NCBI GenBank assembly: GCA_002438405.1
Contig: DJOE01000004.1
Span: forward strand, 4,492-68,491
Source: Cyanobacteria bacterium UBA6446
GTDB lineage: Bacteria; Cyanobacteriota; Vampirovibrionia; Gastranaerophilales; Gastranaerophilaceae
Length of the DNA stretch: 64,000 bases
Reading direction: 5' to 3'
Each line of letters opens with the position of its first letter. Within the stretch, counting starts at the first letter, position 1. The notes beneath the pieces were generated by a model. It searched no databases. It was not told the DNA's origin and was given only the letters and a program-made list of their open reading frames with translations. This document shows positions 29,939 to 38,880 of the stretch, in pieces. Both the position numbers and the translations under genes were made by a program.

Positions 29939-30982
29939 ATGGGAAAGATAATTTTGACAGGTGACCGTCCAACAGGAAGATTACATGTCGGACACTATGT
30001 AGGTTCATTGAGAAGACGTGTAGAACTTCAAAATCAAGGTGGTTTTGACAAAATATATATTATGATTGCAGATGCACAAGCATTAACAGACAATGCAGAA
30101 CACCCAGAAAAAGTTAGAGATAATATTATAGAAGTTGCTCTTGATTATCTTGCTTGTGGTCTTGACCCAGAAAAATCTACAATCTTTATTCAATCTATGA
30201 TTCCGGAATTAACCGAATTAACATTCTACTATATGAATTTGGTTACAGTTTCAAGATTGCAAAGAAATCCTACCGTTAAAACAGAAATCAAAATGAGAAA
30301 CTTTGAAACAAGTATTCCTGTGGGATTTTTCACATATCCAATCAGCCAAGCTGCGGATATTACAGCATTTAAAGCAACAAGTGTACCTGTTGGCGAAGAC
30401 CAAAAACCAATGATTGAACAATGCAGAGAAATCGTTCACAAGTTTAATAATATTTATGGTGAAACTCTTGTTGAACCGAATATTATTCTACCTGAAAACA
30501 GTGCTTGTTTAAGACTTCCGGGGATTGATGGCAAAGCTAAAATGAGCAAATCTCTCGGTAATTGCATCTATTTATCAGATGAACCGGAAGACATTAAAAA
30601 GAAAATTATGTCAATGTTCACAGACCCTAATCACTTGAGAGTGGAAGATCCTGGAGAAACTGAAAATAATCCGGTATTTATCTATCTTGATGCATTTAGT
30701 AAGCCGGAGCACTTCAAAGAATTTTTACCAGATTATGCAAATCTTGACGAATTAAAAGCTCACTATCAAAGAGGTGGACTTGGAGATGTTAAGGTCAAGA
30801 AATTCTTAAATAATGTAATTCAAACCGAGTTAGCCCCAATTCGAGAGAGAAGAAAAGAATGGGAAAAGAGAACACCTGAAGTTTATGAAATCCTTAAACA
30901 GGGTAGTATTGTTGCAAAACAAGCTGCAGCAGAAACGCTCCATGATGTTCGAAAAGCAATGAAAATAAACTATTTTGAATAA
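29939..30982 (+). CDS. trpS: tryptophanyl-tRNA synthetase
   Basis: '[15 protein letters not shown]' (HIGH-type motif) and 'KMSKS'. The start is set at MGKIILTG; the ORF track starts 9 nt upstream. Confidence 0.95.
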   Translation: MGKIILTGDRPTGRLHVGHYVGSLRRRVELQNQGGFDKIYIMIADAQALTDNAEHPEKVRDNIIEVALDYLACGLDPEKSTIFIQSMIPELTELTFYYMNLVTVSRLQRNPTVKTEIKMRNFETSIPVGFFTYPISQAADITAFKATSVPVGEDQKPMIEQCREIVHKFNNIYGETLVEPNIILPENSACLRLPGIDGKAKMSKSLGNCIYLSDEPEDIKKKIMSMFTDPNHLRVEDPGETENNPVFIYLDAFSKPEHFKEFLPDYANLDELKAHYQRGGLGDVKVKKFLNNVIQTELAPIRERRKEWEKRTPEVYEILKQGSIVAKQAAAETLHDVRKAMKINYFE

Positions 30983-30989
30983 TTTAGAA

Positions 30990-31022
30990 AAAGCCTTGCA
31001 AATAAAAGCAAGGCTTTTTTAT
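30990..31022 (+). terminator. rho-independent terminator after trpS
   Basis: AAGCCTTGC/GCAAGGCTT hairpin followed by a T7 run. Confidence 0.8.
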
Positions 31023-31076
31023 TAGCCAAATGGCGAAGTGTTTTATTCTATTAAACTTAGTAAAATTGTTAAAATG

Positions 31077-31448
31077 AAGTATGGAATAATTCTTTTAGCA
31101 TTTTTAATATCGACACTTCCTGTGCAAGCCAAACATTTGCATTTAGAAAAAGAGTATCAAACTTGCTGGTGCAATGCACATAACGGCGTTATGGAATACA
31201 AACTTTCTGATTACACCAGAGTTGATTGCCTAACATCGACTCATGCCATCGAATTTGACTTTGCACCAAAAGTATATGAAAGCATTGGCCAAGCTCTTTA
31301 CTACGGATTAGAAACCTGTAAAAAAGCTGGAATTGTTCTCATTTTAGAAAACCCACAATCAGAACAAAAATATGTCAAACGACTTGAAAAAGTAGTAAAA
31401 CAATACAACATTGACTATTGGCTTATGTATCCAAGTGATTTGGAATAA
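31077..31448 (+). CDS. hypothetical secreted protein
   Basis: The start is set at 'MKYGIILLAFLISTLPVQA', a signal peptide. No family was confidently recognised. Confidence 0.5.
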   Translation, partial: KYGIILLAFLISTLPVQAKHLHLEKEYQTCWCNAHNGVMEYKLSDYTRVDCLTSTHAIEFDFAPKVYESIGQALYYGLETCKKAGIVLILENPQSEQKYVKRLEKVVKQYNIDYWLMYPSDLE

Positions 31449-31564
31449 CAAATATTACGTCTTAAAAAGAGAAAAATTATTATTTAAAGAATTAATAATC
31501 AAAAAAAATATTTTTGCTATATAATAAATTTGCCTCTATTAAAAAAAATTATAAAGGATAAATT

Positions 31565-31999
31565 ATGATTATTAATTTTTATACATACCCCAATAATTCA
31601 TTAACTTTTATTGCTAATGAAAAAACATTTATGATGCTTAAACCAGATGCTTACAAAAGGCACTTAGATAAAACGATACTTAATGCCCTTACCCAAGATA
31701 AAGATTTAAAAATTACAAAAGAATGGGAGGGAATTGCCCCTAGAGAAAAGGTAGAAAAGAATTGGGAAGACAAAAAAGGGAAAAACTTTTTTAAATCGTG
31801 GATGGATTTTATGACATCAGGAAAAATCAAAGCAATGATTGTTGAAGGCGATAATGCGATCAGCAAAGTTCTAGAATTCAAAAAGAAAATTCGTGCGAAA
31901 TTTGCACCAAATGAAAAGAGAGAAAACCTAGTTCACAGCTCAGACGACCTCCAATCTGCAAATAAAGAAATCCATAATTTCTTTGACACAAAAATATAA
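31565..31999 (+). CDS. divergent nucleoside-diphosphate-kinase-like protein
   Basis: 'EKTFMMLKPDAYKR' matches the NDK 'ERTF.MIKPD' motif. 'NLVHSSD' aligns with the catalytic-His motif 'N.IHGSD', and 'SGKIKAMIVEGDNAI' with 'SGPVVAMVWEG.N'. An AAGGA RBS is present. Confidence 0.6.
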   Translation: MIINFYTYPNNSLTFIANEKTFMMLKPDAYKRHLDKTILNALTQDKDLKITKEWEGIAPREKVEKNWEDKKGKNFFKSWMDFMTSGKIKAMIVEGDNAISKVLEFKKKIRAKFAPNEKRENLVHSSDDLQSANKEIHNFFDTKI

Positions 32000-32038
32000 A
32001 TTTGACTTGATTTTAAGGTTTATAGATAAAAATAAAAT

Positions 32039-32572
32039 CTATAAAGATACTCCTTCTCGAAATCTCAAATTCATATTTTCATCAACATCAATATAATTTA
32101 ATGTTTGTTCTACTGTTGACTGGTTAAATAACCATTGCAAATAAGACAAATCTTTGTACCTTTGATAATAGTGGTAGGCAAATGTTTTGCGCCAAGATGC
32201 AACCGAATACTTATCCTGCACCCCTAATTGAATACAAATAGATTTAAAAGCATTAAACACAAAAATTCTATCTAATATATGACCTGCTTTACTTTTAAAA
32301 AGATATTCTTCATCATTAGTAATATCTTTAGCAATATTATTAATTAGTTCACAGATTTCTTCATGAAGAGGAATTATTTTATTTTTACCGAGATTTAGAT
32401 ATCTTTTATTTTTTACATCTTTTACTTTTAAATTTAATAAATCTTTTAATTTCATTCCTGTATTAATAGAAAGTATAAATAATAAATAAACAAGATCTTG
32501 CTCTTTCTTTATCAACAAACCTTTCATTTTGTTTATCATCACTATATCTTTTATTGGGAAATTTGCATACAC
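32039..32572 (-). CDS. short tyrosine-recombinase-like protein (catalytic-domain-only, degenerate active site)
   Basis: 'LSINTGMKLKDLLNLKVKDV', 'SWRKTFAYHYY' and 'LFNQSTVEQTLNYI' align with the integrase boxes 'TGLRISELL.L...DI', 'H.LRHTFA' and 'LGH.S...T..Y'. The catalytic Arg, His and His positions are replaced (K, S, N). The start codon is uncertain (GTG in the ORF track). Confidence 0.5.
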   Translation of the reverse strand: MYANFPIKDIVMINKMKGLLIKKEQDLVYLLFILSINTGMKLKDLLNLKVKDVKNKRYLNLGKNKIIPLHEEICELINNIAKDITNDEEYLFKSKAGHILDRIFVFNAFKSICIQLGVQDKYSVASWRKTFAYHYYQRYKDLSYLQWLFNQSTVEQTLNYIDVDENMNLRFREGVSL

Positions 32573-32838
32573 AATGAATTCAGCTTTCTAAAATACCTAC
32601 TTCCATCATTCACAACAAATAATAATTTCGTCATAAATAGAACTTAAGTTTTTAGATATTATAGATGATACAATACAATTAAAAAATTACCCAAATGGCT
32701 AATAGAGATAGCATTGCGTTAGTTTCAAATTCAATAAAAGACAATAATATCAATTTTTTGCTAAAAGTTCAAATACAGCAAAATAAAAATTTTGTTGTAT
32801 TTATTCTTAGTATAATTTTTAGCATCAATGACTAAAAA

Positions 32839-33483
32839 TTATTTGAAAACAACAATTAAACCCATGATAGCAGTAAGAATAATTATTATTGGAAGTAAAA
32901 ATTTCTCTAGCTTTTCTTTACTAAATTTTGCTAAAAGGAATGGAGCTAAAAAGGCCCCAACAGAAGTACCTAATGAAAGCATAATCACCAGTCACCAATT
33001 GACATTACCCAATCCTAAATGCATTAAAAAGCCAACCGTTGAAATACCAATTAAAACAAAAACAGAAGTACCAACAATTTCTAAAGCTTCACAACCTAAC
33101 GCAATTAATCCGGCGACTACCGGAGTTGTACCACTAATACCAACTAATCCGGACATAACCCCACCTAGCAAGCCATAAAACATTGCTTTACAGAAGTAAG
33201 CAAAATTATATTTCTTATTAATAACTTCTTTTGTTTGTTTTTTAATTCTTTTATTTTTTATATGAGCAACAACCATTTGAACAGACAAAATAAGAAGTAA
33301 AGAGCCGGTTATTTTATTATAAAGATTTTCAGGAACAAAATCTGAACACAATGAACCAATAACTGCACCAATAATTGCACTAATCATCATAACAAATCCG
33401 ACTTTAAAATTAATATTGCCAGATTTCCAATGACTAACCATGCCAATTGTAGTTGCTGGAATAATTTTTACCCAAGAAGTCTA
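32839..33483 (-). pseudogene. disrupted TSUP/TauE-SafE family membrane transporter gene
   Basis: TauE-like TM segments are present ('GLLGGVMSGLVGISGTTPVVAGLIALG'). An in-frame TGA at 32992-32994 is followed in the same frame by 50 more codons of typical C-terminal TM sequence ('LVIMLSLGTSVGAFLAPFLL...'). The 5' part of the gene is missing: an in-frame stop lies just upstream of 33483. Confidence 0.6.
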
Positions 33484-33542
33484 TAAAAAATCATATAATT
33501 GGTAATAATATTAATGAAATAAAACTTTCCTCATATAAAACT

Positions 33543-33569
33543 AAAAAAGAACCTTGATAGGTTCTTTTA
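33543..33569 (-). terminator. rho-independent terminator after tRNA-Phe
   Basis: Minus strand: AGAACC-tatcaa-GGTTCT followed by TTTTT. Confidence 0.6.
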
Positions 33570-33573
33570 AAAA

Positions 33574-33649
33574 TGGTGCCGCAACTCGGAATTGAACCAA
33601 GGACACAGGGATTTTCAGTCCCTTGCTCTACCAACTGAGCTATTGCGGC
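33574..33649 (-). tRNA. tRNA-Phe (anticodon GAA), CCA encoded
   Basis: The reverse complement is GCCGCAATAGCTCAGTTGGTAGAGCAAGGGACTGAAAATCCCTGTGTCCTTGGTTCAATTCCGAGTTGCGGCACCA. It folds as a cloverleaf with anticodon loop CTGAAAA. Confidence 0.9.
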
Positions 33650-33746
33650 TAATCTATTTAATTTTCAAACCGATATCGGCTACGTCTTTTATTGTACTTG
33701 CTAAAGATTTAAAGTCAACAACTTTTTCTTATTTTAACAAAATACC

Positions 33747-33935
33747 TTACCAATGATGTTCAAATACCAACCAAAAGATTATAAGATAGGCAAACCCACA
33801 GAATATCAATTCTGACCTGCGAATTTTTCTATGAGTTGAATGAATATGAAATGTATGTTCACCTGCAAAACATAAAATGGTGAACAATACACACACACCA
33901 ACAAAAGCCATGCATTTTATTAAAAAGATATACAT
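33747..33935 (-). CDS. possible small membrane protein downstream of infC
   Basis: 62-aa hydrophobic ORF with no recognised family. It could be spurious. Confidence 0.2.
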   Translation of the reverse strand: MYIFLIKCMAFVGVCVLFTILCFAGEHTFHIHSTHRKIRRSELIFCGFAYLIIFWLVFEHHW

Positions 33936-33944
33936 AACAAAAAT

Positions 33945-34484
33945 CTACGATTGAGCTGACAAATACAAAGTTACGTTTCTACCCTCTAATTGAGGTTTCT
34001 TTTCTATTTGAACAGAATCATTTTCTAAATCTTTAATAAATCTGTTCGCTAATTCAAATGCTAAATTTGAATGTTGCATTTCACGACCTCTCAACATAAC
34101 AACAATTTTAACTTTGTTACCTTGAGAAATAAATTTTCTAACACTCTTCAAACGAACTTCATAATCATGAGTATCAATTTTATATCTAACTTTTACTTCT
34201 TTAACTTCAACGATATGTTGTTTTTTCTTAGCTTCTTTTGCTTTTTTAGCTAATTCGTATTTATACTTTCCATAATCTAAGATTTTAGCTACTGGAGGAG
34301 CTTGATTTGGACTAATCAATACTAAATCTAAATCTGCATCTTCTGCCATTTGTAGGGCTTGTGATGTTGGAACTATTCCATGATTTTCACCATTATGGTC
34401 AATTAATCTTACTTCTTTTGAACGAATACGTTCATTCATTATTGTTTTATCCCTATCCCTTGAGGATCTAGTATCGTTAGCTAT
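33945..34484 (-). CDS. infC: translation initiation factor IF-3 (probable non-AUG start)
   Basis: 'NERIRSKEVRLIDHNGENHGIV...DLDLVLISPNQAPPVAKILDYGKYKYE' is canonical IF-3. The ORF-track ATG is at 34439. The frame stays open upstream, and an ATA at 34482-34484 sits 8 nt after a GGAG. That start gives an N-terminal '..SRDRDKTIMNERIR', similar in length and composition to cyanobacterial IF-3. Confidence 0.85.
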   Translation of the reverse strand: MANDTRSSRDRDKTIMNERIRSKEVRLIDHNGENHGIVPTSQALQMAEDADLDLVLISPNQAPPVAKILDYGKYKYELAKKAKEAKKKQHIVEVKEVKVRYKIDTHDYEVRLKSVRKFISQGNKVKIVVMLRGREMQHSNLAFELANRFIKDLENDSVQIEKKPQLEGRNVTLYLSAQS

Positions 34485-34737
34485 TGTTTTATCTCCTATA
34501 TTAAAGTACTACTACGAGTCTTATATTATCACAAAAATGAAAAATATACCATAGCCTGAATCTATTCCTTTATTAAGAATTGTAACATGGTAAAAACACC
34601 TAAAAATCGGACTTTTAGATTTTTATATAAAAAAAAGCAAAAAGAATTTTAAAGTTTTCAAAAAATAAACCGATATAAAATTTGTCAAGGATAAAGAAAC
34701 TAAATAGCAAAACAGATTAAATAAGGAGTATTAAAGT

Positions 34738-34878
34738 ATGGAAACAAAACAGGCTGAAGAAATGATGAACACTATGGATATTGAAGACCAATATTCAAAG
34801 GTTGATGTATCCATTCCACTTCAAAACCTATTTGACGAATGTTTGAATTTTATTTCTATAGAAAATTTTAATATTTAA
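34738..34878 (+). CDS. small acidic protein (46 aa), not in the ORF track
   Basis: An AAGGAG RBS lies 8 nt before the ATG. The product is METKQAEEMMNTMDIEDQYSKVDVSIPLQNLFDECLNFISIENFNI. A strong terminator follows. Confidence 0.5.
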   Translation: METKQAEEMMNTMDIEDQYSKVDVSIPLQNLFDECLNFISIENFNI

Positions 34879-34906
34879 ACATAGCCTGAAAGATTTTTTC
34901 ATTGTA

Positions 34907-34940
34907 AAGAGTAAGATGATTATCTTACTCTTTTTGTTTT
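34907..34940 (+). terminator. rho-independent terminator
   Basis: AAAGAGTAAGAT/ATCTTACTCTTT hairpin followed by a T-rich run. Confidence 0.8.
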
Positions 34941-35025
34941 ATATAACAGATTTTAACAATTAACCGCTCGTGTATATACACAAAACAAATATTGTAATAA
35001 AATATGTTCTGAGAAGGGAGCAAAC

Positions 35026-37179
35026 ATGAAGAAATCATTAGCAATGATTGCAAAACTTTCATTGATACTTTGCCTATTAAACGGTTGTGCATTTGCAGAT
35101 TTTAGAGAGCATTACGATCTTGGTCAAAATTATTTATCTAATTATCAATACTCTAGTGCGATAACAGAATTCAGAAGCGCAATGAGAATAAATTATCTTG
35201 ATACCTCTGCAAGAATCGGTTTAATAAATTCATACCTTTCAAGAGGTACAGATTATGCAAACAAAGATAAAAATTGGAGTAAAGCAGCTGATGATTATAG
35301 AAGTGCATTATTTTATTTAATGTACTATCCCAATGTAAGCTCTGTTCAAAATTCAGCCCAAGCAATTAACCAAGTAACAAATAACTTAGAACGTTGCTTA
35401 GATGAAATTAAATATGATAGAACACCGCAACACAGATTTGACACAGCTAAAAGGCTAAGAGCAGAGGGAAATTTTCCGGCTGCTGCTTACGAATTCAACC
35501 AAGCATTAGGAAGCAAAAACTTGCAAAAAAGCAGTTTTGAACAAATTGGTGATATCATGAAACTTTTAGGGAATGAACCAAAGGCTGCAGACTATTATAA
35601 AAAAGCCGTTGCTGTTGGTCCTACGGACTTAAATTTAAGATTAACCTATGCAAAAATTCTTGATAATACAGGACAAAGTGATGATGCTCTAAAAGAATAT
35701 AGCTATGTTCTTGATAAATCAACTTCCGACAACAAAGATATTTTATATACTCTAGAAAGAACATTTAAGAAAAAGTTACAAGATTCTCCAAATAACGGGA
35801 ATTTAAATGCAAATTTAGGAGCTGTTCTTCAAAAAGAAGGAAACCTCGACGAAGCTTTAACATACTACAAACAAGCCGAAACACTAGACCCAACAAATAT
35901 CAATACTAGAATTAATGTTGGAACTTTGTATCAACAAAAAGAAGATTACAGAACGGCTATCAAAGCTTATGAATCAGTGTTGATATTATATCCTGATAAT
36001 ATCAATGCTAACTTATATAGAGCGCAATGCTATGACAAATTAGGGGAAGCTAAAACTGCACAAGAGGGTTATAAGAAAGTCTTAGCACTTGATCCCAATA
36101 ATAGTTACATAAAAGCACAAATGGTTGACAATGTTAAGAAAACAATGACACCTCAACAATTTGTCGATTATGTAAATACAAATCTTGCTAATTCAAACCC
36201 ATCAGATATTTTATATGATTATGCAATAGAATTACACAAAGACGGAAAAATCGACAATGCCGTATATATGTATAAAGAAGCAATCAAAGCATCTAATAGC
36301 AATAATGCGGAAATGTTTGTTAACCTAGCTTTAGCCCAAGCTCAAGGAAATGATTTTGACAGTGCTATTTCAACACTTCAAACCGCTCAAACAAAATTTC
36401 CAAAAGATACATCTATCACAACAACAGCCAAAAATATTGCAGATATGAAATCAGACAACTTAATGGCTAAAGCATCAGAATTTTATAAAAACAAGGATTA
36501 CCAAAAAGCCGCAGATACCTATATTTCTGTAATCCCTGCCACCGCAGATTCTATGATTGGGGCTGCAACATCTTTTGAAGAACTTGGAGATAAAGACAAA
36601 GCCTTAGTATATTATCAAAAAGCTTTTGAATTAAAACCAACAGATTCTGATATTGCATACTATATCGCATCTATCTATGGAGAAAAAGAAGATTTTGATA
36701 ATGCGAAAGTATATTTACAAAAATCAATTGCTTTAAACAAAAATAATACTCAAGCACAAGAATTCTTGGCTTCAATTGAAGAATCAGATAGAGCAAACCT
36801 CTTAAATGATGCAATTTCTCTATATGATGAAAATAAAATGGACGAAAGTTTTGCAAAATTCAATGAACTTTTGACACAAGACCCGCAAAATTCATACGCA
36901 CTTTATTATCGTGGTATGATATATGATACAAAGGAAAAAAGAAACGAAGCAATTGCAGATTTGAAAAAAGCATACAGCTTGAACAAAGATTTTACTATTT
37001 GTAATTATTTAATTGCATCAGACTATGATGCTTTAGGCAAATACAAAGATGCATATAACTATTACACCTCTTATGCAAACTCACAAGCTGAAGATGATGA
37101 ATATAAACAATATGCAAAAGCTCGTGCAGAAGAATTAAAACAATATGCAACAACAACCACTTCAACAACAAAAAAATAA
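35026..37179 (+). CDS. TPR-repeat lipoprotein
   Basis: The signal peptide carries the lipobox 'LLNGC'. Many TPR units follow (e.g. 'ALTYYKQAETLDPTN', 'AIKAYESVLILYPDN'). Confidence 0.75.
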   Translation: MKKSLAMIAKLSLILCLLNGCAFADFREHYDLGQNYLSNYQYSSAITEFRSAMRINYLDTSARIGLINSYLSRGTDYANKDKNWSKAADDYRSALFYLMYYPNVSSVQNSAQAINQVTNNLERCLDEIKYDRTPQHRFDTAKRLRAEGNFPAAAYEFNQALGSKNLQKSSFEQIGDIMKLLGNEPKAADYYKKAVAVGPTDLNLRLTYAKILDNTGQSDDALKEYSYVLDKSTSDNKDILYTLERTFKKKLQDSPNNGNLNANLGAVLQKEGNLDEALTYYKQAETLDPTNINTRINVGTLYQQKEDYRTAIKAYESVLILYPDNINANLYRAQCYDKLGEAKTAQEGYKKVLALDPNNSYIKAQMVDNVKKTMTPQQFVDYVNTNLANSNPSDILYDYAIELHKDGKIDNAVYMYKEAIKASNSNNAEMFVNLALAQAQGNDFDSAISTLQTAQTKFPKDTSITTTAKNIADMKSDNLMAKASEFYKNKDYQKAADTYISVIPATADSMIGAATSFEELGDKDKALVYYQKAFELKPTDSDIAYYIASIYGEKEDFDNAKVYLQKSIALNKNNTQAQEFLASIEESDRANLLNDAISLYDENKMDESFAKFNELLTQDPQNSYALYYRGMIYDTKEKRNEAIADLKKAYSLNKDFTICNYLIASDYDALGKYKDAYNYYTSYANSQAEDDEYKQYAKARAEELKQYATTTTSTTKK

Positions 37180-38140
37180 AGTAGCAGAATTGATAAAAAG
37201 CAAGGTTTCACTTGCTCCAATGGCTGGAATTACAGATTACGTTTTAAGATCACTCGTTCGAAAATATTCGAAAGAGTGTCTTTTAACAACCGAAATGATT
37301 AGTTCTGAATTTTTAGCACAAAATGTTGAAACCGAAATAACAAAACTTGATGAAAATCATCACCCGATTGTATATCAAATTTGCGGACATAAACCACATT
37401 TAATGAAATATTCTGCTGAAATTCTAACACAATTTGCAGATATGATTGACATAAATATGGGTTGTCCGGTTAATAAGGTTGTTAAAGGACAAGACGGTTC
37501 AGCATTGATGAGAAATCCAAGACTTGCAATGGATTTAGTAAGAGCGGTTAAAGAAGGAACGAATAAACCTGTTAGTGTAAAATTTAGGCTCGGATATACC
37601 GCTGACGAGATAAATTATGTTGAATTTGGACAACAAATGCAAGAAGCAGGAGCGGAATTCATAACACTTCATGCCAGAACTCGCTCCCAGTTTTATGCAG
37701 GACATGCAGATTGGAAAAAAATTAAAGAACTTAAACATAATGTTGATATTCCGGTATTTGCGAACGGCGATATCATATCCATTGAAACGGCTGAAGAAGC
37801 CCTTACCCAAAGTGAAGCTGACGGAGTTGCAATCGGACGAGGAGTTTTAGGCGACCCAACTTTAATTCATAGAGTCGCTCATTATTTTAAAACAGGTGAA
37901 AAAATTCCAACTCCAACTCTTGAAGAAAAACTTGATATGATGAAAACACACCTTGATGAAGAAATTAAACTCAGAGGAGAAAAGGTTGCAATTAAATTCT
38001 TCCGCAAATTTTATCCTTACTATATTGCAGGGATAAGAAATGCATCAAAAATTCGTGGAGTTCTTGTACTTGAAGAAGATTACAATAAAATTCTTGAATA
38101 CATTAATTATATAAAGAAAGAAAATGAAATTTGCGTGTAA
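37145..38140 (+). CDS. dus: tRNA-dihydrouridine synthase (Dus family)
   Basis: 'LAPMAGITDYVLR', 'DINMGCP..KV' and 'TLHARTR' are Dus/FMN TIM-barrel motifs. The ATG overlaps the preceding gene by 35 nt. Confidence 0.85.
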   Translation: MQQQPLQQQKNKVAELIKSKVSLAPMAGITDYVLRSLVRKYSKECLLTTEMISSEFLAQNVETEITKLDENHHPIVYQICGHKPHLMKYSAEILTQFADMIDINMGCPVNKVVKGQDGSALMRNPRLAMDLVRAVKEGTNKPVSVKFRLGYTADEINYVEFGQQMQEAGAEFITLHARTRSQFYAGHADWKKIKELKHNVDIPVFANGDIISIETAEEALTQSEADGVAIGRGVLGDPTLIHRVAHYFKTGEKIPTPTLEEKLDMMKTHLDEEIKLRGEKVAIKFFRKFYPYYIAGIRNASKIRGVLVLEEDYNKILEYINYIKKENEICV

Positions 38141-38179
38141 GCTCTTGAATTCTCTGAAAAAATTGTTATAATAACACGT

Positions 38180-38800
38180 ATGAGAATAATGCTTGCAATA
38201 CTTTCAATAATTTTTACCCTTGTAACAGTTCAACTGCCGAACTTTGCAGAAGAAACTCTTCAAAATGTTCAGTTAAATATGAGAGGTTATGACGAAATAA
38301 CATTACCACAAGGGACTTTTATTCCGGTATTAAATACTCAAGAGATTTCAACAGAAACTTGTCCTGAGGGATATAAAGTTAAATTCATTGCAACAAATGA
38401 TTTGTTTATGTATGAAACCAATATTATTCCTCGAGATACAGAATTTTACGGATATATCGAAAAAATAAACGAACCAATTATCGGAACAAATGCATCTATG
38501 CGAATTAAAATTACAAAACTCGTAATGAAAGATGGTTTTGAAATACCAATAAAAGGTTATATTTATTCTTCAAATGGAAACTTAATCGGAGGAGAACTAA
38601 CCCCGCCATCTGAATGGGTTAAAATGCCTCATTATCAAAGTAAATATCAAGGAATATCTTGGAATCACAGAGCTGCAACACTTCAAGTTCGCCCTGGAGG
38701 GAAACGATCTATGGGACAAGCAACCAAAATTCCGGCAGGCGATCAACAGATTATTATATTAACTGCTCCTGCATCTATTACACATACCTTAACAGATTAG
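38180..38800 (+). CDS. secreted protein, paralog of the next ORF (possible TrbI/VirB10-like beta domain)
   Basis: It has a signal peptide. 'LPQGTFIPVLNTQEIS...IIPRDTEFYGYIEKI....MRIKITKLVMKDGFEIPIKG' parallels 38881..39618. Confidence 0.5.
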   Translation: MRIMLAILSIIFTLVTVQLPNFAEETLQNVQLNMRGYDEITLPQGTFIPVLNTQEISTETCPEGYKVKFIATNDLFMYETNIIPRDTEFYGYIEKINEPIIGTNASMRIKITKLVMKDGFEIPIKGYIYSSNGNLIGGELTPPSEWVKMPHYQSKYQGISWNHRAATLQVRPGGKRSMGQATKIPAGDQQIIILTAPASITHTLTD

Positions 38801-38880
38801 CCATTAATAAATTGACAAAATATTTAAATGAGATAAAATAGTTAAATAGAAGAATTATGTTTTAGGGAGGAGAGTATCCA

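Noticed and set aside
32992-32994. In-frame TGA in the TSUP gene, considered as evidence for UGA reassignment (code 4/25) or selenocysteine.
   Set aside because: Long genes in the window (SMC 1190 aa, ClpC, PNPase, the helicase) translate full-length with the standard code and no internal TGA. TGA also appears as a normal stop (e.g. 17762-17764). No SECIS-like context is obvious, and the gene also lacks its 5' end. A pseudogene is the simpler explanation.
32828-33178. 116-aa plus-strand ORF.
   Set aside because: It lies antisense to the TSUP transporter remnant, whose TM-helix periodicity and family motifs are on the minus strand.
31449-33573. Search for a duplicated 3' end of tRNA-Phe (att site) that would delimit an integrated element.
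   Set aside because: Scanning by eye, I could not find a second copy of 'ccgagttgcggc' or its complement in the neighbourhood. No intact island boundary can be claimed.
33747-33935. Considered whether the ORF after infC could be rpmI/rplT, the usual infC operon partners.
   Set aside because: The sequence is hydrophobic and His-rich. It lacks the Lys/Arg-rich L35 pattern, so it is not a ribosomal protein, and it is retained only as a low-confidence ORF.
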